Source: Piromyces finnis finn (lineage: Eukaryota; Fungi; Neocallimastigomycota). Taken from it: DNA of 64,000 bases. Where the stretch lies: NCBI GenBank assembly GCA_002104945.1, contig MCFH01000005.1:1116001-1180000 (forward strand), read 5' to 3'. Each line of letters opens with the position of its first letter. Position 1 is the first letter of the stretch. The notes beneath the pieces are model-generated. The model saw only the letters and a program-made list of their open reading frames with translations, ran no database searches and was not told the origin of the DNA. A program made the position numbers and the translations under genes. This document shows positions 29,017 through 42,000 of the stretch, one piece after another.

Positions 29017-29968
29017 AAAAAAAAAACATATAATAAATTATTTATATTTAAAATATTTATCTAATTAATTTTTTTTTACCATAATTTCATATATTATAAA
29101 TAATAATAATAAAAAAAAATATAATGTATCATAAAAAAGAATAAATAAAAAATAGTAAAATAAAAAAGAAATTATAAATATTATTTTATTATTACATTTT
29201 GGTTTATTATAATTGCTAAAGAAATAATCCACATCAACGATACATAAAAGTAATTTTTCGAATTAATGAAATTTTTTAAAATAAAATTGAGTTTTAATTA
29301 ATTAATTAAAAATAATAATAATAAACTATGACATATTAAAATAAATTTTATCCTTTTACATATTTATATATATTGACATAAAAGAAAAATCGCATATTTA
29401 ATTTCAAAACTTATTATATTTAAATAATGAATTCTTCATTATTTATAATCATTTATAATCGTAATGACAATCTTTTTAAAACTTTTTTTTTAAACTTTTA
29501 TCAATAATTTAAAATATTAATTTACATCCACTTTTTTTTTTTATTAAATATTATTATTAAGCCTTTCATTTATTAAAAAAAAAACTTTTCTATATTAAAT
29601 ATTTATATAGTTTAAAAATTAAAATTTTAATTAGCCACTAATTAAATTTAATTACTTCAAATATGTTTTTTAATATTATTTTCATTTCTTCATTTTTCAT
29701 TTAAATTAAATTATTCACTTTTTTTTTTTTTTTTAATAACTATTATTATAAAAATTTCAAATATCACATTGAAAGACTGTGGACCTTTACTATTGTAAAT
29801 TAATAAGAATTATATAAATAAAAATATTTTTCTTAAATTCAGAAAAGTTGAAGATTTTATTTTAAGAAAGCAATAAATATTTTATTTTATTATCTTAATT
29901 CTTGTAAAGAAAATTTTATCATCACACCTTTTTACTAAATTTTTTCTAAACTAACTCGACTATTATAA

Positions 29969-32539
29969 TGGATTTTGACGCGAAAATTCCACCAAACTTT
30001 AATGGTATATACATCTTTCTTTTGAAACTTTAAATTAGGAATATTTTATATTCATTGTATTATATACTATTTTATATAGTTTTTAAAAAAAAAATTTTTT
30101 TTTATTCTATTATTACTATTGTTATATAATTACAATTAAATATACTATAGATATGGCAAGAAATCTTTGGTCTCAATTAGATTCTATGGCAAAAAATAAT
30201 CCAAAGGGATACAAAGAATTAATGACAAAAATTGAAGAAGAAGCAAAAAAAACATTAATACCAGTATTACCAACCATTGAACAATGTTTTTCTATTAAAT
30301 TAGAGGGTACAGTTATTTCTGGTTCAAAAGTTCATTATATTAATTTCTGTAAATGTAATGCTGTAGAAGAAAGAACTAAGGAAAATGATGGCGGAATCCC
30401 AATTGTTGTTCGTGAAGAAGATGGTAAAAGAAAATACAGAAAATATGGTAAGTTTTTGTGTAAACATTGGTAAATGAATTTTAAATTATGTTTCAATTTA
30501 TAATCACCTTTTTTAAATAAAATTATTTATCGTCTACTTACAATATATATATATATTTATCATTAAAAAGGAAGGACATTCCATGTATATGATGTTTCCT
30601 TTAATGAAAATATTCTCAAAAGAGCTGAAGCAGATCCTTTTTTCAAACGTAATTTAATATTTATGGCTATTAATTGTGTTGAGCAAGTTTTTAATATATC
30701 ATTTAAAAAAGGTATGTCAAACATAACATTATTATAATTCAACAATTATAATTAATTATTATAGTTAATTATAAAAAAAACTAATAATACCTTAAAATAT
30801 TTAAAAGATTTTACTGTTACGGAAGAAAAATATAATGGTACATTTATTCATGGTCATACAAGTCGAGAAGGGCAACCAATGCCAACTTTATCACAAGAAG
30901 AAGTTAATGAATTATTAAAAAACGCATCAACAATATTAAATAAGGATTCAAAAGACGATGAAAATGGTAAAAAAAAGAGTGACAAAAATAAAAACAAAAA
31001 TGAAAAACCTATTGAATTAACACCAGAAAGTATTTTAAAACAACATAAGACTTACCAAGAAGAAATTAAAAAAAATGAAAATGAAGAAAAAATTAACCCA
31101 GAAGTTGAATCTACAATAGAAAAATTATTTTTCAGTGATGAAAAAAGTAATTCTGATGAAAAAGAAAATAATGAAAAATCTACCCTTTCCAAAAGTAAAT
31201 CATCACTAATTGAAGAAATGAAAGAAATTATTCCAGAATCAAAAAATTCAGAAAAAATTGACGAAAAAAATGATAAAAACATAAAAAGTAACAAAGATAC
31301 TAAAAAAAGTAAAGATGGAAAAAATAAAAATACTAATCAATATATTGAATTAGAAGGAAATAATATTCCAAAAATAATTGATTTATTGAATGATGATTCA
31401 TCAAAAAAAGATAAATCACAAAAGGAAAATAATGCAGCTATTAATGAAGAAGAATCCAAAATATTTGACTTTTTAAAGGAATTTGACAATAGTCCAGGAA
31501 AAATAGTAGAATTAGATGAATCAAACAATGAACTTCCACCAAGTAAAATTGAAGAATTAAATAAAAATGATGAACTTCCACCAAGTAAAATTGAAGAATT
31601 AAATAAAAATGATGAACTTCCACCAAGTAAAATTGAAGAATTAAATAAAAATGATGAACTTCCACCAAGTAAAATTGAAGAATTAAATAAAAATGATGAA
31701 CTTCCACCAAGTAAAATTGAAGAATTAAATGAAAGTGATGAACTTCCACCAAGTAAAATTGAAGAATTAAATGAAAGTGATGAACTTCCACCAAGTAAAA
31801 TTGAAGAATTAAATAAAAATGATGAACTTCCACCAAGTAAAATTGAAAATAATAATATTAAAATAGCTAAAAGTGAAGAAACTATATATCATAAAGATAA
31901 TATTCCAAGTGTTGAGGAAGTCATACATAATCAAATTGAAAATATAAATAATAATAATAATAATAATATCCTCAATATTAATAATAAAACTCAAAATAAT
32001 ATAGATGGTGAAATTACAGAAAATCAAGTAGATTTAAAAAAAGAAAGTATTCAAGAGCAGCTAGAAAAGGAACAGAAACAATTAATTGATAATCTAAATA
32101 GATTAGCCGTAAGTAAAAATGATGATAATAAAGCAATTCAGTTCAAAACAATTGAAATTCCAGTAAAAGAAAAACCAAAATATATATTAAAAACATCCGA
32201 ACATTTTCTCTATATTAAAATTAAACTTCCAAAACTTGTAAATATCATAATTTAAAGCATTATTAAAAGTATTTATTAAATTTTTCAAATTAAAATGAAA
32301 TTAATAACTTTTTTTATTTTACTTTATAGAAATTAATTAAAAGCTTACAATGGGATTTATCTGATTGTGAATTAAAAGAATGCCGTCCAAGTACAGAAAA
32401 ATGGTTGAATGTTTCATCACCAGAATATGATTTAAAAATACGACTTGATACACAATTTTTAGATATTAAAAATATACGTGTTACATTTACTAAATCAACA
32501 CAAATGTTAATTTTACGATTAAACAGAATATTGAATTAA
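29969..32539 (+). CDS. PIH1D2: PIH1-domain protein of PIH1D2 type (axonemal dynein pre-assembly co-chaperone): PIH1-N domain, repeat-containing linker, CS domain
   Basis: LWSQLDSMAKNNPKGYKELM, HYINFCKC and VYDVSFNENILKRAE...LIFMAINCVEQ parallel PIH1D2 FWNLLDDMAQSDPEGYEKFI, LFINLCQW and VIDVAYNPDVL...LIQMAMKCIEE (recalled). CS-like C-terminus across exons 30879-32237 and 32330-32539. Confidence 0.8.
31530..31847 (+). repeat. 42-bp coding tandem repeat ELPPSKIEELNKND/NESD, ~7.6 copies
   Basis: GAACTTCCACCAAGTAAAATTGAA starts at 31530, 31572, 31614, 31656, 31698, 31740, 31782 and 31824. Confidence 0.97.
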
Positions 32540-34648
32540 TGACTTATAAATGAACATTGGTTAAAAAAAAAAAAAAGTATTCATCTAATTAATCAATTTT
32601 TAATGATATTATTACTTTAATAGTAAAAAAAACTAATAGTTAATAGATATCATATCTATTTAGTATTAATAATTTATTTCTTTATATACCATACATGATA
32701 TATTTTATTTATCTGTTTTAACTTTTATATTAATAATTTATAATAAACTAAAAATAAATAAAATAAAAAAAGATGTTTAAGTAATAATTATATTTTATAT
32801 ACTTAATTCTGTTTAATGTGTAGTTTTATTAAATAGTATTAAAACTAATATAAATATATGTTTTTTGTTTTTTGTTTTTTCTGTTTCTTTTACCATTATT
32901 ATATACTAACTGACACGTTTTTTAAACTACATTATGTAAAGTGTATTAGACTTTAATATAAAATTAACACAAAATATTGATCATCCATATTTTATTAAAA
33001 AAATTTTTTTAATTATTACTATATTAAAGATATTAAAGATTATTGCCTAATAAAGTAAAAAAAAATAATATACATATATTGTAACATTTATTATTTATTT
33101 GTATTACATTACCTTTATATAATTTCAAATTATAATTATTTAAAAAAAAAAAAGAAAAAGAAATAGAAAAATTATATTAGAAAAAAGAAAATTATTAATA
33201 TTCCCATTCATTATTTATTATATTTCTCAAGTCAAGTAATTAAAAGAATTATGAGTTAGGAATAGAAAATGTATGAAAATTAATAATATCTAAATGAAAG
33301 TCTTCATTTTAAATAAAAATTGTTTCATAGTTTAAATTTTTGAAAAGTCATTTGATTTATAAATGATTCCTTTCCTTCTTAAGGATAATACTTTTTTTAT
33401 CTACTATAAAACATTATTATTTCATATATTTCAATTAGTATTGTTATTTCTTTTTTTTTTTTATTACTATTATTATAGAAATACATTTTTTACATTAAAA
33501 AAAAAAAACTTTTTTTTTTTATGTGGTTTCACTCACACCAACTTAATTTAATTTATATAATAAAAGTATTAATTAAATATTAAATTGCCATTAATTATAT
33601 TATTTGAATATAATATATAGATAATATAAAAATAATATATTCATTTAATGAATATTTTAATATATAAAATGTGTATAAATTTAATTTCATATTTTATAAA
33701 AAAAAAAAGAACTTACTTTTTTAATAAATAAATAAAAAAACAATGTTTTTGTTTATATTTATTTACTTTTTCATTTTAAAATTATAAATATTATATTTGC
33801 ATTGTTAAAAGCAAATCAGGTCTAAAAAGAAATTACAAGTTATTGGAATTTAATTAATTTATTCGAAAAATAAATACTTATAATAATATATATATTACTA
33901 TTTGTAAATATATATATATATCATATTATCCGAACACCATATAACCTTATTGATAATTTACTATATGATAGCTTGAAAATATATATTTATTAAATTATAT
34001 ATTCCTTTCACCTTCTCTATATTAGGAATTGATATAAGCTTTAACATATTATTTTCAGAAAAACATTATTCAATTTATTATTTAAAATCGAAAAAAAAAA
34101 TAATTTAATCCTTAGAAATCAATAAACAATTGAAAAAATAAATTCAAAGTAAAAAAAAAAAAAAAAAAAAAGAAGCTAATTATTAATGAAATAAGAAAAA
34201 TAATCCATTATCAATATATTTTTAAAATAAATAAATAAATTTTAATAATAATAATAATAAAAAAACAAGACATATTTATAGATACCAGAAAAAAGATATT
34301 CTTTTTTCAAATATCATAATACTAAAGTTCATAATATTTAATTTATTAAATTTTCAAAATAAAAGATAACATATTTAATTACTGATATTCATATTTTTAA
34401 GTAAGTATTGGATTTTATAATTATAGTATTTGTATGTAATAATAAGCAATAAATAAATTATCAATATCAATGTCATTGAATCAAATGATATTATATTTCT
34501 TTTTAATTTATATAATAAATAATGAATAATTTTTTTCTTTCATTCTTTCTTTCCAATATATCCTTTATTCATATAATACTAATATTTTCATCACCTTTTT
34601 AATTTAACAAAGAAATTTAATTATCAATTTTTTCGAGCGCAATTAAAC

Positions 34649-37635
34649 ATGGAATTTTCACAAGAAAAAAATTCTTCTCTTCACTCATTGCGTAAAATGA
34701 GTTCTCAAATCTTAGAAGATGTTATACAAATTCAAGAAGAAGATAAAAAAAGTAGAGAAAATTTAAAAACTTTACAAAGTCCTACTGCAACAAGTGAAAC
34801 TTCATATATCTTCGAAGATGAAATATTAGAAGACCCCATTCTTCTTAATAGACAAAAACGTGAAAAAATGTTTAAATTATTCATGTGGGCAGCTTCAAAT
34901 GGTGATTTTGATAAATTAAGAGAACTTTTAGAAAATGAAGAAAAAAGAAAATGGATAGATATAAATGGAAAAGATGAAAGCGGCTGCACTGCATTAATAT
35001 ATACAGCTTGTTTTGCACATGCAAAATGTGCTTATTTGTTATTAAAACATGGAGCTGATGTAGATGCCACTGACAAATGTAAGTTTTCTTTTTTAAAAAA
35101 AATAATAAATATATAATATATTATTAGTGATTAATATTATATTATAATGTTTTTTTTTTTTAATTATATAATAGTTGGATGGACTGCTTTAGTATGGGCC
35201 TCAAATAATCATCATGATGAATTAGTAAGAATTATGTTAGCCGGTGGCGCTGACTGTGATATAAAACTTTCTACAGGAAAAACTGTCAAGGATTACGCAA
35301 TGCATTTACCAGATAACGATAAATTATTAAGAATATTGTCTAATCCACCAACACCATTCAATCCAGAATATAGTTTTGATAATGGTGAACCATTATTTGA
35401 TTTTGATCCATTATTTAATTACAAGCTTTCAAATACAGCATTAAGTGAAATTGATTCCTTAGAAGAAGAAATTGGAGTAAGAATAATATAAAATATTAAA
35501 TAGGAAAAAAAAAAATTAAATATTTATATTTATTTTTTCTACCTATTTTTCAAAAATATTAATCTACAGGATGACTTTTTTATGCCATTTTCTTGGGATA
35601 AATGTGATGGAGATCAAATGTTTGTGTTTGATGAAGCCCAATTAGATACTTTATGTGATTATATTGTTTTATGCATTCAACCAATAAAGAAACCAGAAAA
35701 GATCTATACACCAGCAAATATTATATTACTCTCTGCAAGATATGCATATTATTATAATTCAACTGAACTTTTAAAAAAATTCTTCGATACAATTATAAAA
35801 AAAGTTGGATTTTTATTAAAGGTAAATAAGACGAAATAGTTATGAAACTAATTTTAATTATAAATTTTATGTTAATTTTACATTTCTAAATAATATTTAT
35901 TTGGATTTTATATTCCGCCTTTATTTAAATATTCTTATAGAAATTGCAGCAAAAACCTGATGTTAATATATATATTTTTTGGTTAACTAATTTATTACAA
36001 CTTTTATGTTATTTGAAAAAAGATACTGAATTAGTAGTATCCACTGTAGAATATCAATATGAGATATCAGAACTTGTAAATGAATTTTTCATAAATCTTA
36101 TTCAACATTTAGAAGAAAGATTAGAAGATGTAATTGAACCAAGTTTAATGCAATATAATACAATTCCAGGTATAGATGAAATTAAATTTGAAAGTTCATT
36201 TAGCCGTTTAGGTCGAAGAATGGGTTTCAAAGCTTCCCTTGAAAAGGGTAATTCTAGACTTCCAAAAAAATCTACAAAATTAAGTGGTTCAAGACTTGCA
36301 CAATTTTCACCACAAACTGTAATTAATATTCTTTCTTCTATTCTTAGAGTTTTACGTACTTATCGTGTACATACATCAGTAATTCAACAAATTATTCAAC
36401 AACTTTTATATTTTATAAACTGTGAAATTTTTAATCGTCTTTTAACTGACTCGGATTATTGTTGTCGTAGCAAAGCTATGCAAATTAGATTAAATATTAG
36501 TAATATTGAAGACTGGATAAGAGAAACAATTCAATATATATCTGATCTTGATTCAAAAGAAATTGAAGATGTTGAAGAGGGACATCAATATTTTATTAAT
36601 AATCAATTTATGCGACAATTAGCACCATCCATTAAGTTGTGTCAACTTTTACAAGTTTGTACAAGTTTTACTGATCTCGAATCTTTTTTTGATATCGCAG
36701 AAACCATTGTTAAAGATGAATTAGCATCTGCAATTGCTAGTAACGACGGATGTACTACTATTACAAATGCAGATTCTGGTAATGCTAATCTTTCTATGGC
36801 CCAAATGAGAATTGTATTTGATCTTTATCATTATGAAGTTAATGAACCAAAAATTAATCATGATATTATAAAATATATTAATCGTCAAATTAAACGAATT
36901 AAAGAAGAAGAGAAGAATGGTATTAATGACAGTACTGGTACTTTAAGTTCATTCAACTCTCTTTCTTTAAATGAATTAACAGAAACTCAAAGTCAAGCCA
37001 GTAGTATTTATGGTCTTTACTCTAAAAGATTAGGTGAAGATGATGATGATACTCATACCATTGCCTCTTCAACTGTAAGCACTGCTTTTGATTGTGAGGA
37101 TCCACTTATGGAATTATTAGATTCAAAACTTATTCTTCCATTCGGAGTACCAGTCTGGAGAGATGCTGATCGTTCATTCATATGTCGTAATACCCCATAT
37201 CTTTCTAAGGAAACAGTGGATGAAATTGATCACATGTGTAGAGAAAAAGACAGAATATTAAAAGAAGAATTAAATCTTCTTGAAGAAAATACTACACCTA
37301 TTAAATTAACTTTTTCAAACACACCAATGAATAAGGGTAAATCCGTCACTAATGATAATGATAATAATCATCTTCATCCAAAATCCGGAAATTCCTCTAC
37401 AAATCCACGTTCAACAATTTCTCCTTCACGTTCAAAGTCACCATTAGCTACCTCCCCACCATCAACTCCATATTCAAACAATACTACAAATCCAGGTAGT
37501 GGACGTTCATCACCATACACAAGAAAACCTCAAGTTTTACCACCACTTCCTCCACTTACTAATAAAAACCGACCAGTTTTACCTCCACTTCCACCACTTA
37601 CAAATAAACGTTCTACTAACTTTCCAAATAATTAA
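34649..37635 (+). CDS. Ankyrin-repeat + DIL (dilute) domain protein with Pro/Ser-rich tail
   Basis: Ankyrin motifs MWAASNGDFDKLRELL, GCTALIYTACFAH and GWTALVWASNNHH. DIL-type segment QLLYFINCEIFNRLL...CCRSKAMQIRLNISNIEDWI...LCQLLQV as in myosin-V tails. Four exons with GT-AG junctions. Confidence 0.85.
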
Positions 37636-37818
37636 AATTTAAAATTAATATGTCACCAAATTTATCTTTAAAAATATTAAAAACTATTCTCGGTAAATAA
37701 TACAAATACAAATAAAAAATCCGTTTTAAAAAAAAAAATATAAAGCAACTATAAAAAGCATCAAGAATTTAAAAAAAAAAAAAATAAATATATACCTATA
37801 AAAATATATATTAAAATC

Positions 37819-37850
<32 letters not shown>

Positions 37851-39587
37851 CGTAATGATACATATAATATCAAGTAGTAGTATTACTTTATTAAATTATA
37901 TATCTAAATACATATTCATCTTTAAACCATTTTTTTTCATTCTTTATATATTACCTATTTTCAAGTATAAATAATAATTCTTTACTATTATCCATTAAAT
38001 ATAATTATAAATCATATTTAAATTGTTTTTTTTTTTTCTTCATTTACAACTCTAGAAATATTGTATTATTTTACAAAAAGATAATAATAATTTATATATT
38101 TTCATTCTTTTTAATTATCCCTAATTATATTTCTGTTTTATATATATATATATATAAAATTTAATGACAAATAAATATTTTAATTATCTTTTTATTTATT
38201 TCAAATAAATTAAAATTATATACTTTTTATTGTAATAAAAAAACAAGATATAATAATTATTATAATTTTATTAATATGAAATCACGTGAATATGATTATA
38301 AGATTACACAAACCAAAATAATTAAATCTTAAATAATAGAACTTTATAAGTTTAGGTATAAATATTACTTACTTTGATGTAAACCCAACTAATAATATCA
38401 ATAATTAAACAAAAAAAAAAAGTTATATATATAATAAAAAATAATTGATTGATCTAGTTCTTTCCAAGTTTCTCATAATAGATATAATATCAATAAATAA
38501 TTTACTAATTATAACATTTTTTAAAATTACGCTTTTAGGGTTAACAATATTTTGTTTTATTTTATTCTATTAAATATTACTATATCTATCTTATTAATAT
38601 AATATATTGTACAACAAATAATGTTTTTTCTTTTTTACTTTACATTATATCCTATAATAAGAATAATGTGAAATTTTATTTATTCTACCTATTATCTTTT
38701 TTTTTTTTTTTTACAATAAAACTAACTATAGATTCCTTTAATATGACCTTTTTTTTTTATTTCTTGATTTTTTATTATTAATTAAACTTTTAAACTTTAA
38801 TCCAAATATAATAACCTAAATCATTAATAATTAGAAATTAAATTACTGAAATTTTCATTAATAAATTTGAATAATATTCTCTTTTAAAAGAATAAAAAAA
38901 AAAAAAAAAAGTACATGATATTTCAATATTACATTATTTTTTTTCTTATTAGAATATCAAAATATGCGTAAATATTGTTAGGCAATATATTCATAAAAGA
39001 AAAAAAAGAGTAAAGACTGATTATAATTAAAAATTATAACCTTAATAAATTTTAATAAAATGGTTTTGATTTTTATAATTTTAATATAAAAAGTATTAAT
39101 TAATATATTAATAATATAATTATAATTTATTGACAATATATTATTAATATGATTATAATTAAAAATAACAAAATAAAAACAATCCATTTATATTAATATA
39201 GGTTTCGACCATTCTTTTCATAGTTTTCTTTTTTCTTTGTTTTTGAATATTGTTGTTCTGTTATTTTAATGTTTTTATTATCATTTCTGTTTTTTATATA
39301 TTGTATATAAAAAAATAATTTTGAAAATTTAAAAGAAAAAAAGAATAAAGAATGATAAAAGCAAACTGTTATTTATTATTATTATCTTAAAATCTTGATG
39401 ATAGAAGTAATCATAAATAAATACAGAATTGTTTTAAAATTAATTTCAACTACTATTCTAAAATATTAAGAAAAAAAGGAAAAAGAAAAAGAAAAAATAC
39501 ATTAATTTTAAAACTCTTGAGCATAAACAACTATCCATATATATATAAAGAAAATTTATATTCAGAAATCTTGAAATACTTTTTTCT

Positions 39588-39625
<38 letters not shown>

Positions 39626-40528
39626 TTTGGAAATAATACAATAAATAGACAAGCTTAATTCGTATCCTCTTTATATAAGAAAAAATATAAAAGAATTGAA
39701 TTTATAAATTGTAAATGTAATTTATAGACAAAATTATAAATTTAATAATTTATACTTTTGATAAAATTAAATACTAACACTACTTCAAAATTTTAAACAA
39801 TACCAAAAATCCTTAAGAATATAATTCCAAAATTATTAATAACAATTATCATTGTATTAAAAGAAAAAGAAAAAACAAACTTAATATTAAATATTAAACA
39901 AAACAAAATAAGAGTATAATTATTATATAACAAAATAATTAAAAAAAAATTATACTCAATGGAGATAAATTAAAGTTTTAAAGGTATAATTTTTATATAT
40001 TATAAAAACATTTTAATTATTAAATTATTATATTAACTTTTGTTTTTTATTTATATATTGAAATTGTTATTACTTTACTATTGCTGTTATTGTTATTATC
40101 ACAATTATTAATTAATTGATTAAATAAAGAAATTAATATTAAAAAATAAAAATAAAAAAAAAAGAACAGAAATTTAGAAATTGAAAGTCAGCTATAATAT
40201 ATTCAGTATAATTTTAAATATAAACATTCGTTGAATATATTTTAGTAAAGGAAAATAAAAATAATTTATTAAAATAAAATAAATTATTTTAAGTAAATAT
40301 ATATTAAAAAAACAGAAATTATAGAGTATAATAAATATAATTATATTAAATTATACCAACAATAAAAATAACAATAAAAAAAATTAAAAGAAAAGTAAAA
40401 GAAAGTATATTTTTCAATAAAAACAAAATTAAAATTTATATTTCAAATTTTTGTTTATAATTGTAATATTATATATAAATACAAAATTTTTATCTATTTT
40501 TTTATGTATATAAGAATAACATATCAAT

Positions 40529-41951
40529 ATGTCAAGTACAAAAACACATAAGAGAAAAGATTCAATTAATCATGTTTCTCAAATTCCTGTTCATCGTTGG
40601 AATACAAACCAAGTGAGAATTTGGTTATCCGAAAATAGATTAACACCATTTGTTGATATCTTTGAAGGTTAGTTATTTTAATAAGTATTAATACAAACAT
40701 TAACAAAAATTATAATTTTCATTAATAAATATCTCTATATTAATAGATAATAATGTAGATGGTAAATATCTTCTTCAATTAACACATCCAATATTGAAGG
40801 TATATATTAAGATTTTGTTACTTATTATTTGTATTAAAAAGTTCACTAATTATTATAAAATTATAAATATATAGGATAAATTTTTAATTACTTCATATGA
40901 TGATCGTGCAAAAATTTTATCTGCGTTAAATCGGTTATCAAAAGGTATTTTTAGTATTGACGAAAAGGCAGAAAAATATATTCTTTATAAGGTATCTTTT
41001 AACAATAAAAATTAAATTGTATATAATAATAATAATAATAATATAACAAAAAGTAAATCAATAGTATGTTGACAAAATATAATAAATATTGCTTATAGGA
41101 AAAGCATGCTAATCAACAACATACACTAAGTAGAAGACATTCAACAGAAAATAATAATCTTTCGGTAATTATCATTAGATTTCATAAATATTTATATTTA
41201 ATTTATAATTAATATTTTTATAATGTATTTCTATTTAATTATTTATTAATACTTTAGGTACCAAAATTGAATACAAATTTTAATGTAAATAAAATAAATT
41301 CTTCAAATAAATAATTTAAATATTTATATTTAATACAATATATCATTCTTATATTTTAATAATAACCACAAAATATAAAAATATTCATCTATATTTAGAA
41401 TTTGTCATTAAATCGTAATAAATCCGAAAATAATTTAAAACCAGTAATTATTCAAAAATAAATGTTTCATATATTTATATATATATATAAGGGTTTTTTT
41501 TTCATATATATTTTATTTTATTGAATACAAATAAAAATTAAAATAAATAAATTATATAATATAGATTCAATTATCAGCAACAACTCCAAAACCAAATAAT
41601 CCACAAAATGTTGATGATTCAATTATCGGAATGTATTCAAATGATATTTATGGAGTAAGTAGTAATACAAATTAGAAAATTATAATGCATTGATTAAATT
41701 AATATTTTAATAAAATATTTGTATCAAATAAATAGCAAGATCCAATGATAAAAAATTACTCCGAAACAGCATTACCTGTAATACTTTATATAAAACGTTA
41801 TTCATATATTATATTACATTTTATTTTATTATATTCGTATTAATATAATTGTTTTCTATATCTACAAAATAAAATTTCAGAATTTTATAGAAGAAGAAGT
41901 AAGTACAAAAGAAAAGTGGTATAAATAATATAATTATAATGATTTTCATTA

Positions 41952-42000
<49 letters not shown>

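Noticed and set aside
29700-29968. RFX X-box upstream of the ciliary gene PIH1D2
   Set aside because: No match to GTTNCC-N0-3-RGYAAC could be found by eye.
39201-39210. GGT-TTCG-ACC mini-hairpin (UUCG loop)
   Set aside because: Only a 3-bp stem and lacks the C-G closing pair; no surrounding structured RNA.
41955-41998. A44 tract and other long A/T homopolymers (for example 14311, 27001, 39595, 45607, 63141) as retrotransposon tails
   Set aside because: No adjacent element body or target-site duplication seen; such tracts are ubiquitous here and their lengths are error-prone.
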